The notes beneath the pieces were generated by a model. It did not search any database and had not been told where the DNA came from. It was given only the letters and a program-made list of their open reading frames with translations. DNA of 64,000 nucleotides from Rebecca billardiae RCC1528 (taxonomy: Eukaryota; Protista; Haptophyta), in assembly GCA_965240325.2 (NCBI GenBank), contig OZ251226.1, positions 1,798,001-1,862,000 on the forward strand, given 5' to 3'. Positions 22,867-33,977 of the stretch are shown here, piece by piece; the first letter of the stretch is position 1; each line of letters starts with the position of its first letter. Made by a program: the position numbers and the translations under genes.

Positions 22867-23403
22867 TCACGTGAGGCCGTTCTCGAGCATCTTCTTGTGC
22901 GTCCACTCGAGAAGCTGCTCCCATTCTGGGCTCGAGATCAGTTCCTTGAGCTTTTGCGTCTTGCGTCGCTCGCCATCTGTTTCACACCGCGAGAGGGCCT
23001 CCGCGTGGTCAGTCGCGTTCACGATGGTGAATCGTTTGGATTTGAAGAACGCTGTCAGCTGCGCCAGATCGTCTGCACTCGCAAAGCACAAAAGCCAGAT
23101 CGCCGATCCAGCTGGGTCAGTCCGCGTGATGCCGAGTTTGCAGTTGACGACTGTGATCGTGCACGTCTCTGGGCGAATTCCTCCCATGGAGGCGATCAAC
23201 CAGCCGTCCTCAGAGCGGCCGACACTGAGGGAGATGCCCACGCCACTCGCGCATGCGCTCCATCCAAGGATGTCGGCGAACGGGTTTGGGACGAGCTCCA
23301 TGAGGTCGCGCGTGCGCGGAGATACGTACATCTCCGCGAAAGATGCGCGCGCCGTCTTGAGGAGGGCAAAGTCGCGCGTCTCTCGAGCTGTGCCGTGAGC
23401 CAT
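22867..23403 (-). CDS. Hypothetical protein, candidate REC114/PHS1-like (alternative start 23505)
   Basis: Intronless ORF. A beta-rich region ends in IWLLCFASADDLAQLTAFFKSK (PH-fold-like last strand plus helix). The C-terminal amphipathic helix is KLKELISSPEWEQLLEWTHKKMLENG. Confidence 0.45.
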   Translation of the reverse strand: MAHGTARETRDFALLKTARASFAEMYVSPRTRDLMELVPNPFADILGWSACASGVGISLSVGRSEDGWLIASMGGIRPETCTITVVNCKLGITRTDPAGSAIWLLCFASADDLAQLTAFFKSKRFTIVNATDHAEALSRCETDGERRKTQKLKELISSPEWEQLLEWTHKKMLENGLT

Positions 23404-23556
23404 CACCGTCGCGGACCGCGGGAGGACGTTGCTGACGGAGTGTGCACTGGCTCGCGCGCAGCGGCCGCTGCGACCGAGGACCAACGAGTCCGGCACATTC
23501 AACATGCTGAGGAGCGCGCAAAATAAGTATCCGGACGAGACGGCGGAGATGATCAG

Positions 23557-24317
23557 ATGACCGGCTTTGTCGCAAGCACGGCCGACTTGCCGCAACGCGC
23601 AACTCCCACCGTGATGACTGCCGCTTGCGCCAGCGTGTTTGTCGCGGTCACGGCTGCCGCCGTGGCTCCGCGCAGTAGTGCCATCGCCACGCGCGGCCAC
23701 TCTGCGTCGCTCCGAAGCGTCTTCGCTCGCCGCCAGGCGTTCGTCACCATTGGGGGTCTCCTGCTCGGCACGGTCGCGCAGCCGGCCCTTGCAAAGAACT
23801 CGGGCGGGAGCGATGGCGCGTGGGCGGCGCATGAGGGCCCCTTCTCCGACGAGGACTTCAAGGGCTTCTCGACGACTTCATCGGGCCTCGGGTACAAGAT
23901 CGTCGAGGAGGGCTACGGCGTCAAGCCGAATGCCGGCCAGGGGATCAAGGCCCACTATTCAGGCTACCTGCTGAACGGCGCCAAGTTTGACTCCTCCTAC
24001 GATCGCCGCAGCCCGCTGGGCTTCAACGTTGGCACCGGCCGTGTGATCAAGGGCTGGGACGAGGCCCTGGTGGACATGAAGGTTGGCGAGAAGCGGGTGC
24101 GCTGCTGCACGCAGGCCTCGGGATGTGCGCACATGCCCGCCTTGCTCACCCGCTTACTCCGCGCCCCACGCCTTTCCCCGCGCTGTGGCCTGCGGCACTT
24201 CCGCGACAGGTGCTGAAGATCCCGCCTTCGTTGGGGTACGGCAGCCGTGGCGCTGGCCCAATCCCACCCGAGTCGACGCTCGTATTCTTCGTCGAGCTGG
24301 TCGCGATCACTGGCTGA
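23557..24317 (+). CDS. FKBP-type peptidyl-prolyl isomerase, thylakoid lumen; intron ~24097-24209 (alternative start 23614)
   Basis: HYSGYLLNGAKFDSSYDR, VGTGRVIKGWDEAL, IPPSLGYGSRGAGPIPPESTLVFFVELV. Twin-Arg Tat-like signal ARRQAF...QPALA. Confidence 0.92.
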
Positions 24318-25055
24318 ATCGCAGATCACTTTGTTGGGGTGTGACTCCCCGCTGGATTCGGACTTGCGCCAGTGCATCAGCTACAATGGGCCTCGGCGGA
24401 CGGCGGTCCCTGGTGCTCTGCCTCTCGCCCCTTGGATGTGTGCGTGCTCGATCTGCGGCCATTCTCACTTCCATGGTGGAGGATGACTCCGAGTCTGGGC
24501 CTGAGGCGGCAGCCGATCTGACCGCCTGCACGACCTGGCATCGCCGGATTACGTTGGCAGGTCCGACCGCGGCCGCGGCCGCGCGAGCTCACCGCCTCTC
24601 GTCACCGCGTCACGGACAGTGCGCGACGGCCGCAGGAAGCATTATGATGATACGTATACAGTACTGTATAGCATCATCAGTGATTCTCATCAGTCATATC
24701 ATCGCGCGTCGTCGTCGTCATCATATCATCATATAAATTATTATAGTTATATATTATTATCGTCATACTGTCTGCGGTATACATCATACAGTATATGAAT
24801 CAGGAGACTACCCGCGTCGTCCTACCTGTGTCGTTAAATCATATAGAATGAGTATGCCCGTATGCGGTGATCCAGACGGCGCCACGGTGACGGTCCGCGG
24901 ACGGTGCCCGTCGGTGGCTTACTCCTGGGAATGCATCAGCTACTTCTAGCGCCATGCCGCTAAGATTACTAGTGACTACTACTACGACGACACTGCTCGA
25001 CAGTGTGAGTGTCAATGACAACGCCTCAACGGCCCAACGGGCAGTCTGAGTCAGG

Positions 25056-26501
25056 TCAAGGCAGTGACAGTGCGTGCGGCGCGGCGCCGTCGTCAGCGGC
25101 ATCAGCCGGTGCTGGTGCAGCGTGGGACACTACCGCCTGTGGCGGTGGCGCGCACTGCGCGAGAGGGTTGGGAATGCCAAAGTCCTCCAGACCGGCGGGC
25201 GACACGGCCCAGCCCGCGAGCGGTCCCGACGGTTCTTCGAGCAGCGCTCGCTTGGCGTCCTGGTAGGCGCGCGCCGCGCGCTTCAGTCTGCCGTAGGCCC
25301 ATTGTGGCTCAGGGCCAAACGTCGCAGCAAGACTCGACGGCAGGCCTGTGCTGCGTTGCAAAGAGACGCACAGGTCGGCAAACTGCCGGAGGTACGCCAG
25401 CTTGCTGATCCGGCTTCGATGCGCGTCGGTGAGCTTGCGCTTCCCCGCACCGAGGCGCAGACCGCGCACCCCGTTCACCGCCTCGGTCGGACGGTCGCGC
25501 GCATCCGATGCGCACCAGTTGACACTGTTGGTCGACGCCGTTCTGCCCGGTGGTGCGGCGGCATCCAAGGCGACCCTGTGAGCGCTCCAGCGCGCCTCGA
25601 GCTCGTCCGCAGCATCGGCCACTGGCGGGCCCGTGGACGCGCGCCGAACCATTACCGCCATGTTCTCAGCAGCAGCGTACGGGCTCGGCGGCGGGGAGGC
25701 CGGCGCGGGAGTACACGCGGTGCCACGCCAGCAAGCGCGCTCGACGGCAGATGCATCGCATCGGCCGGCGACGACGAGCGCGGCCGGGCGTACGGGCTCG
25801 AGAAGGTGCGTGAGCAACGCGCCCTGCAGCCCCAGCACGGCCCAACGCGCGACCTTATCCGAGCACGACATGCTGCGCGTGTGCTCGCCCCGCCCAGGCT
25901 TGCGGCGCACACCGCTGGGCGGCGGAGGCGGTGACGTTGGCCGGTGCACAGCTTCGGACACGTCCCCCATCGCGCGCCTGTTGCGCTTCGGCGATGGCGC
26001 CTGAGGCCAAGTTTCAAAGGAGTCGCCGAGGCGCGCACCGGGCTCGCTGCCCGCCTCCGCCGGAGCAGCAGCGCACCCGCAGGGGCATGCACTCGTGAAG
26101 ATGCATGCGCGCAGCCCGCGACGTAGCCGCCACGGTGCAACGCCCGCACCGCCTGTGGGCTCGAGCACCGAGCTCTCGCCGACGGTGGCCGAACGCAACT
26201 GCTCGATGAGAAACCGTCGGAATGCGCGGCGAGCACACACCTCCGCATGCCCATCACGCAGTCGCCAGCCCGCAGTGTCCGCGTCTGCTGCACTCTGCGT
26301 CATGCACTTGGTGCCGGTCGCCAAAGATACAACTCGGGCCTGCGGCTGCTGGCCGTCGTCGTGCTCGGGGAGGAGGAGCACAGCTGCCACGATCGTCCAC
26401 TCGTCCGCGTTGGGCTTGCCTGTTGGAGGCAGCGCCTCGAACTGCGCCAGGCAAGCACGCTCGACGAGCTCTGCGAGCCGTGCGTCCACCCTCGCCGCCA
26501 T
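25056..26501 (-). CDS. ADAT1: tRNA-specific adenosine deaminase 1
   Basis: [58 protein letters not shown]. No dsRBD. Confidence 0.88.
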   Translation of the reverse strand: MAARVDARLAELVERACLAQFEALPPTGKPNADEWTIVAAVLLLPEHDDGQQPQARVVSLATGTKCMTQSAADADTAGWRLRDGHAEVCARRAFRRFLIEQLRSATVGESSVLEPTGGAGVAPWRLRRGLRACIFTSACPCGCAAAPAEAGSEPGARLGDSFETWPQAPSPKRNRRAMGDVSEAVHRPTSPPPPPSGVRRKPGRGEHTRSMSCSDKVARWAVLGLQGALLTHLLEPVRPAALVVAGRCDASAVERACWRGTACTPAPASPPPSPYAAAENMAVMVRRASTGPPVADAADELEARWSAHRVALDAAAPPGRTASTNSVNWCASDARDRPTEAVNGVRGLRLGAGKRKLTDAHRSRISKLAYLRQFADLCVSLQRSTGLPSSLAATFGPEPQWAYGRLKRAARAYQDAKRALLEEPSGPLAGWAVSPAGLEDFGIPNPLAQCAPPPQAVVSHAAPAPADAADDGAAPHALSLP

Positions 26502-26873
26502 CGTGATGCATGCGACAGTTTTATTCGCGGTTTCGTTCGATCAGCAAATATTTCTGCTTCTGATGGCGCGCCAAACGCATCAAGCAGATTTATGAGCCTC
26601 GCGGAACTTTCCCCAGCACTAGCAGGCAGTGTCAGCTGTACAGACGTCATCAACGCGGTGTCTGACCATCAGCTTCGTTTGCAATGGGACGGACGTGCTG
26701 CTGTGGTAGCTTATCACTGTAGTCACGCAATGCTGCGCCCGGTCGTGACTCGTGTCTCGTGTGCGCGTGCGAGCAGCGGGCCGCGCCGAGCTGCCAGAAA
26801 CTGACTGAAACTTGAAAGCTGGCCGGACGCCGCAGCAACAGCCCACCACATGCGGCACATGCGGCCCGGCTCG

Positions 26874-29800
26874 TCAGCTATCCATCGCGCGGCCGACAGT
26901 GCCCGACAGCTCGTCGAAGGTCTTCTGCTTCTTACTGCCGGCAAAGTACCCCGCGAAGACCTTCGCATCGATCTCGACGTGCGCGTCGCACGGGATGAGC
27001 TCCTGCGCGACGGCGGGGGCGGCGGGGCGGCGGGGCGGGCGGCCGGGCGCGCGCCGCGGCTCAGTGCCGCGTGCGCTTCGAGCTCGCCCGACGGGTGGCG
27101 GGCGCGCGGAGCACACCTCGGGGATATCCACGCGCTCGTCGATCACGATCCCGCTCTCCGTCACCGCGTCGTACTTCATGTTGGACATGGAGATGAAGCG
27201 GTGGATGCGCGTGACGCCCAGCCTGGCGCGGCGGCACGGCGCGCGGCGCGGCGGCGCCGAGGGCGAGCGGTCAGCTCGGCGGGTGGCGGTGGCGTGCGCG
27301 TGGGCGCTCTCCCGGGCGGCACACACGCCGGCGGGCGCGGCGCCGGCGACCACGCGAGCGCCCCGGCTCTCCGCGCGCGCACCAGTGCAGCGGGTCGGGC
27401 ATCAGCTCCTGGAAGCGCACATCCTGCACGCCCGCGACGTCCTCGGTTCGCTTGAAGTACTGCTGCGCAGTGTCGCCGCCCTGCTGCCGCTTGCGCGCGT
27501 TGTACACCATGAACTTGGTCACCTCGCCGAGCGCGCGGCCCTCCTTGCGGTTGTACACGATCACGCCCGCGCCGCCCGCCTGCGCCGTCGCGATGCACTC
27601 CTCGATCCCGTGGAAGAGGTACGGGCGGCACGTGCAGATGTCGGAGCCGAACACGTCGGAGCCGTTGCACTCGTCGTGCACGCGCACGGTGAGCGTCTTC
27701 GACTCGTCCGGGATGGTCTGCGGGTCGCCGAAGATGTAGATGGTGCAGCCGCCGATGGGCGGGAGGAAGACCTGCAGGTCGGTCCGCGTGATCAGCTCGG
27801 GGTACATCCCGCCCGTGTGCTCGAACAGCGCCTGCCGCAGCGCGAGCTCGGTCAGGCCGAAGCGCTTGGCGATGCCTGGCAGGTACCACACGGGCTCGAC
27901 CGCGCACTTGACGCCGTGCACGACGCCGTCGGCAGTGAGCACCTTGCCGTCCGCCTTGAGCCGCTTGGTCTCGAGGGCCTCGCGGATCTCGGCGATCGCG
28001 AGCGTCGCCTGCGAGATCGCGATCGACGGCTGCAGATCGATCCCCCTCCGCGCCGCCGACGGAAACGCCGTGCCCGCGCACGCGCCCCAGGGGTCGATGG
28101 AGACGATCTTCTCGCGCGACGCCCACGAGGGGTACGGGCCGATGCGCACCATCGGCTCGGTGGCGCGCAGGTCGAGCGGCCGGCCCGCGGGGCACAGGCC
28201 CTTGGCCACCGCGACGGCGCGGTGCACGACGTTCGCGCCCGCGTGGCAGCCAATCGCGTTGCGGTACTGCGGCTTGGACAGCGTCGCGACCACGGGGCCG
28301 CGCGCCTCGGCCGTTTCCTCGCCCCACTTGATGCCGACCGGATCGGCGGAGTACAGCTTCGGGTGCGAGGTGAGGACCGAGTAGTGCTTCGGCCGCTGCG
28401 CGGTGGAGGAGTGGGGCGGGGAGCTCGCGCCGCCGATGCCACCGCCGCCTCTCGGCGCGCCGTCCGCGTGCGCGCCGACCGCGCCCGCCGCCGCCGCGGT
28501 CGCCGAGCCGGCGGTCGTCGCCGTGCCGCCGCCACCGCCGGCCGCCGCGCCAGCCGATGGCCCGTGCGCGCCGTGCAGGAGGAGGTCGCCCTCGGTGGAG
28601 CGGCGCTTCTCGAGGCGCTGGCCCTCCTGCGCGTCCACCTCCACCTTCGCCTGCGTCGAGAGCCGCTCCTTTGGCAGTGCCACGCGCTCGCCGACCGTGA
28701 TCCCGGCGCCGACGATCGCCTCGTACTTCGTCTCGGACTCTGAGACGAACTCGTCGACGTGCGTGACGCCCAGCCAGTGCAGCACGTCGGGCGCGAGCTC
28801 GTGCAGCCGCTGGTCCGCGAGGCCGGCGACGCGCTCCGCCTCGGAGAAGTACGCCTCCACCGAGTCCCCCTTCCGCTTGCGCGCGTTGTACACCATGAAC
28901 TTAGTCACCTCGCCGAGCGCGTTCCCTTCCTGCCGCGTGTAGATGATGATGCCCGCGCCGCCCGCCTGCGCCGTCTCGATGCACCGCTCGATGCCGAACA
29001 GCAGCGAGGTGCGGCACGTCGAGCGGTCGGAGCCGAAGATGTCCGAGTCCCCCGACTCGTCGTGCAGGCGTACAGTAAGCTTCTTCGACCTGTCCGTGAG
29101 AGTGCTCACGTCGCCGATCATGTACACCTGCACCCGCGCACGGCGGGAAGGCGGCGGCGCGTGGGCGCGGCGGTCAGCGGCCACGCGCGCACACGAGCGC
29201 GCGCGCAGTGATCGACGGCCAGCTCGTCGCGCGCGCAGCATCACGCACCGTCAGCCCGTTGATCGGCGGCAAGAAGAGCTTGATGTCTGGCCGCGTGATC
29301 AGCTCAGGGTACATCCCGCCTGTCTCCTCGTGCAGCGCGCGGCGGAGCTCGGTCTCGTCGGTGCGCATCCGCTCGGCGACGCCGGGCAGGTACCACACGG
29401 GCTCGACCGCCGTCTTCGTCACCACCACGTGCCCGGACTCGGAGATCACCTGCCCGTCCTGCTTGACGCGCCCCTCCTTGATCGCAGTCTTGATCTCGGG
29501 GATGTCGAGGTGCGAGCGCGTGATCGCGATGGTGGGGCGCAGGTCGAGCTCGCCGCGGGAGAGCTCGTCGGCGAAGATGCCCTGCGCGAGGTGGCCCCAC
29601 GGGTCGAGCGACACGATACGCTTCGGATCCGACCACGCCGGCAGCGGGCCCTCCAGAAACATCTTGCCCGGCAGTGTGTTTGTGAAGTCGGGCCGGAAGT
29701 TGCGGTCGAGCCCCGACTTGGCGAGAGCAAGGGCGCGATAGATGGTGTACGTGCCGCTGTGAGAGCCGATGGCATTTCGCTTGCCCGGCTCGCTCACTGT

Positions 29801-30027
29801 GGCGATCACCGGGCCCTGCGCGGCGCGCGAGTCGACGCGCGCGGGAGGGGAATCCGCGCGACTCGTCAGCGCGAGGTGACGCCGGCTGCAGCCACGCGGC
29901 GGGGCCGACAGCGTACCCGCTCCCTTGGGTCCTGGGCACCCCACTTCACCGGTACCGGCTCGACACCGAACTGGCAAGGGTGCGTTGTCAGCTTGATGCA
30001 GTGCGCGGTGGATGGATGCAGCGACAT
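26874..30027 (-). CDS. Tandemly doubled Urg1/URC1-type GTP cyclohydrolase II-like protein (GTP_CH_N + cyclohydrolase, x2); 4 introns
   Basis: Two copies of RNAIGxHxG...IVSxDPWG...AVEPVWYLPG...TGGMYPELITR...EGxALGEVTKFMVYNARKR. Copy 2 has RVHDECNGSDVFGSDICTC. Introns at ~29817-29915, 29129-29248, 27223-27382 and 27003-27116. The start codon is uncertain. Confidence 0.88.
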
Positions 30028-30297
30028 CAGGCCGGCGCCGATGTCCAGCGGCGAGCGGCGGCGGCCGTCAGTGTGATGACGGTTCAAGGGAGCGATGATT
30101 GTCGAATCTCATCGAACGGTCGGGCCACTGCGGGCTGGCTGCGGCGCTGCGCAGAGAAAGTTGGCTCGAATTCGTCGAGTTCAGGAGTAACGCGACCCGG
30201 ATTTCCGCCGCAGTACACCGGAATGTGACCCGCGCCTTCAGTCTGTACGTAGCTAGTTAGTACGACACGATCCGCCACAGCGCGGAGTCTCATTGAC

Positions 30298-30352
30298 TAC
30301 AGTTTACTATGCTTTAACGTACGCACACTTGGTTAAGGCGTGATTGACGCCA
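30298..30352. repeat. Dispersed ~55-bp element, copy 1
   Basis: TACAGTTTACTATGMTTTAACGT(AC)GCACACTTGGTTAAGGCGTGATTRACGCCA, also at 32942-32994. Confidence 0.85.
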
Positions 30353-31546
30353 GTGAGTCGAGACCCGACCGGCGAGGCCACTACTCACAGTCCGACTACG
30401 CGCGGACGGTCTTGCCATATAAGCCCGTGATAGGCTGATATTAGTGATAAGGCATACACGGTATGACGGCGTCCGAGGGCTGTAAGCTACCTGCCGTCGG
30501 ACGCGTCACGGTCCAGTCCTCCAATAGGCCCTAGGACCTTCGCTTAATCTCGGATAATCTCAGTCCGACTAGTCAGCTGAAGCAGGGCCAGCGGCCCCTA
30601 TTAGTATTAATATATTGACACTGCCGCCAGGCGCGCCCTGTAAGACTCTATGCCTACTAAGTGACCGAAAGCCCCGGCGCGTGCCGGTAACTTGGGCCAG
30701 CTCTGAGCTCAGCATAAGCAGGCCCCGATCCGGTCCGATCTAGCTAGCTAAGTAGTAAGTAGCTAGTAGTTACACGGTCACTCGGATGCATTGACAGTCG
30801 TCTAACAGCATATAGTATAGCCTGACTGTTATTAAGTCGTACGGTTTATTATTGTCGAATGTCGGGCAAGCTGAATGACGACCGGGCTGTCCGCGAGATT
30901 CGTGGTGCAGCAGGGGGCTGAGACTGCAGGCCGCGCTCGCCCGACGCCCCCGTCCGGCCCCGGGCTCCGCAACCGGCCACCGGCCACCGGGCCGCTCGCC
31001 TCGCCGCGGGGCCCTCGGGCTCGGTCAGGGCTCAGGCGGACCGCATCAGTCATTGACGACAGCATAGCACTTAGCAGTTTAAAATCAGTCTGATTTAGAC
31101 AGTCCGGGCGCGTATTCGTCTCGTTATATTAATAATCATACACGTAACACGCGCACTGAGCCGTTACCGCAGTGAAGTGATTATTAAAAATTATTACACT
31201 GACGACGATCTGCTCGGGCCCCCCTGATGGGGCGCCGCGATAAGCGCGGCCGCCGGCCGCGGCGCCGAAATCAGCATAGCACATGCTGCGCACCGTATAT
31301 ATATATATTCTCCGCTGTTATCATCGAATCGAAGCCCTGCGCATAGCAGCCTGCTGGTGTCTGCGCCCTGCGGTGAAGCCCGGAGGGTGTACACGCATCC
31401 GCATGCAGCCAACCAGGCATCTGAGTCCAGGGTCTGAGCAGCGACCGATGTTGCGAGGTGCCGCCCGCAGTCACACAAATTGAGGCCGAGCGTGATTTGA
31501 GTGGACCGAAAATTGGAGTAACCGGACGCGGTGTGCACAACTTGGG

Positions 31547-32811
31547 TCAGTCGGCCTTCTCGTGCTCCTCGTCCTCGTCGTCTGAGTCTCCCTCGTACTC
31601 ATCGCGCCCCGCTTCGTGCCCCTTCCCAGGCGCGAAGATCAGCTTGTACGCGATGCGCAGTAGCAGGTAAAGCCACCACACGTGCATCAGGCACAGCGCG
31701 AGCAGCAGGTAAATGAACGCGTAGCATTGGCCCACCACGTACAGCGGCTGGCTGATGCACTTATCCTCGAAGTACACGAAGAAGCCGTCGACGATGCACG
31801 AGTAGACGATGCGCAGCGGCAGCTGATACACACGGAACCAGACCCAGCTCACAAGGTTGACGACAAACATGATCTCCACGACGAACAGCCGCGACGGGCC
31901 CTGCGGCACACGCGCGCCGGCGCGCGGCGACAGCGCCCGCCCGGATGCTCAGCAGGCGCACGCGCAGCTCGCGGCGAAGAGGCGGGCGGGGGTGGCCTCC
32001 AAGACGCGCGCGCCCCGCCGCGCGCGCGCACACCTCGAGCTTCAGGTAGTTCGACATCTTGAGCATGTCGATCGCGATGTCCGAGATGTCGTGCACGTAC
32101 AGCACCGTCACGCCGATCTTTTGGAAGCCAAACGACCACGAGAGCAGGATGAGCGCGATGGTGACGATGTGGTGCAGGTACCTGCGCGGAGGTGGGGGGC
32201 GCGGGGCGGCGTGGGCACGCGGGCGACGGCTCATGCCTCCTCGGCGCACGCGGACGGCCACCGCCGCCGAGCGCAAGTGCGGGTGTGCCATGCACCGCTC
32301 GCGTGCCGCGAGGCGCGTGCCGGCGCGCGCGTGCGTGCGCGCACATGAGCGCATAGTCCTTGTGGCGTGCCTCTAGGAAGTGGTGGCTGAAGCACGTGAT
32401 CACCCAGATGGCTAGCTGGACCAGGTACAGCGCCTGCGTGATCGTCTTCTCCGGCGGCTGCTTCAAGTAGTTCTCGAAGCACGAGGAAGGGTTGGAGTAC
32501 CACGTCTCACCAGCGAGCACCCGTAGTTCCAGCAGCGTCATGGACACGTGGATGAGGAGCTGCCAGGTCTGATCCCCAAACTTGCGCGCATTCATCTTGT
32601 TCGCGCCGCACGCGCGCGCCACGGCGCGCCCCATGTACTTGGACAGGTTGAGCACACCCAGCACCGCGAGCATCGCCATCGGGAGCAGCACGATGGCGTG
32701 GTGATTGCCAATCGTCTCGTCGCGGAGGACAAAGTATGTCCAGACGCACTCGGCCAGGTAGGCAGCCGTGCAGACTGTCGCCACCACCGGCGACACCTTC
32801 ACCTTCCCCAT
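31547..32811 (-). CDS. Ceramide synthase (Lag1/TLC domain); 2 introns
   Basis: Lag1 motif RHKDYALMYLHHIVTIALILLSW...GVTVLYVHDISD, KFGDQTWQ, and an acidic C-tail DEYEGDSDDEDEE. Confidence 0.9.
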
Positions 32812-32941
32812 CGTGCCGCCAGCGCTGCGCCGCGCGAGCCCGGAGAGGTGTGCGCGGCCTTTCGCCGGGCCAATGAACGCTGCTCGCTCGCAGCGGCGAC
32901 CTCCCGCGCGCTGCAATTTCCCAGTGGTCGCGACGATGGCG

Positions 32942-32994
32942 TACAGTTTACTATGATTTAACGTGCACACTTGGTTAAGGCGTGATTAACGCCA
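32942..32994. repeat. Dispersed ~55-bp element, copy 2
   Basis: Near-identical to 30298-30352. Confidence 0.85.
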
Positions 32995-33530
32995 TCCAAC
33001 ACTGCACAAAGACACCAGTACCCCCATAGTCGGATCTTTTTCTTTTTCTTTTGATCGCGACCCGGCCCACGCCGCCGGGCGGATGGGACAGGCGAGGCTG
33101 GCGCGCCGACAGCCGGCACTTTCAGCTAGGCGGCCCACCGTTGGCTCCTGAGACTACGACGAATTCCTACGCTTGGATTGACATGTCCACCGGCGAACGC
33201 CGTCATCAAGCAGCCAGAGCCGGCCACCCGTGCTGCAATGATTGGTAACGCGACTGCCGCCCGGCCCGCCCGCGGCCGCGCTCCGACGCGCTGCCACGCC
33301 GTCCCACAGACACAGTGCATCATGATCTTCAATCAGGCACGTGCGTCGCCCACCTCGGACCGTCGCACGCGCCGCACCCAGTTGCGAGCGATGTCCGCAG
33401 GCCCTTCGACCACCAGCCTGCCGACCACCAGCCTGCCGATCTCGTGCGGTTGAAGAAAGCCATTCCGGAGCACAGCGCGTGCACTGGAGCGGATGGCGCA
33501 CCCGCACGGGCCGAAGGGACGGACACGGTC

Positions 33531-33752
33531 TCAGTTGTAGTACAGCTCCAGGCCCATGCCATCGTGGATCTCGTAGTCCTCGAGGGTGATGTGATCCTTG
33601 TAGATCGTGTACCATTTCTGTATCCGCAGCTTCTCCGGGCGAGTGCCGATCTGCGCGGCGAGAAGCTTTTTCAGATCGCCGATCGTGTCCTCCGGGTTGC
33701 ACTTCACCCGCACCTTCTTGCCCAGCCGGTCGTTGCAGATCACCTCAATCAT
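33531..33752 (-). CDS. UBL5: Ubiquitin-like protein 5 (Hub1)
   Basis: 73-aa [30 protein letters not shown]...[11 protein letters not shown]. Confidence 0.97.
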   Translation of the reverse strand: MIEVICNDRLGKKVRVKCNPEDTIGDLKKLLAAQIGTRPEKLRIQKWYTIYKDHITLEDYEIHDGMGLELYYN

Positions 33753-33977
33753 GGCCTGCGGCGCTCGGCCCCGCCTGCTTTCCGCGCCGGCGGAGGCAAG
33801 ACGCGTCCACGAGAGGCGGCGGCTGGTCAGGACCTCCGCTGCAGGTGCGTTGGACAGGTGCTTTGAGCTGGCACGATGGCTGCCGAGTTCGTTGGCAGCC
33901 ATCGTTGACGGGACAAGTCTGGCCGCGGTGGACGTGCTCTCGTTTGCTGCGTTGGGGCGCGAGCTCAACTCGCGACG

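Noticed and set aside
30324-30352. TGGTTAAGGCG resembling a tRNA D-arm
   Set aside because: No T-arm/B-box or cloverleaf downstream. No tRNA or rRNA gene was recognised in the window.
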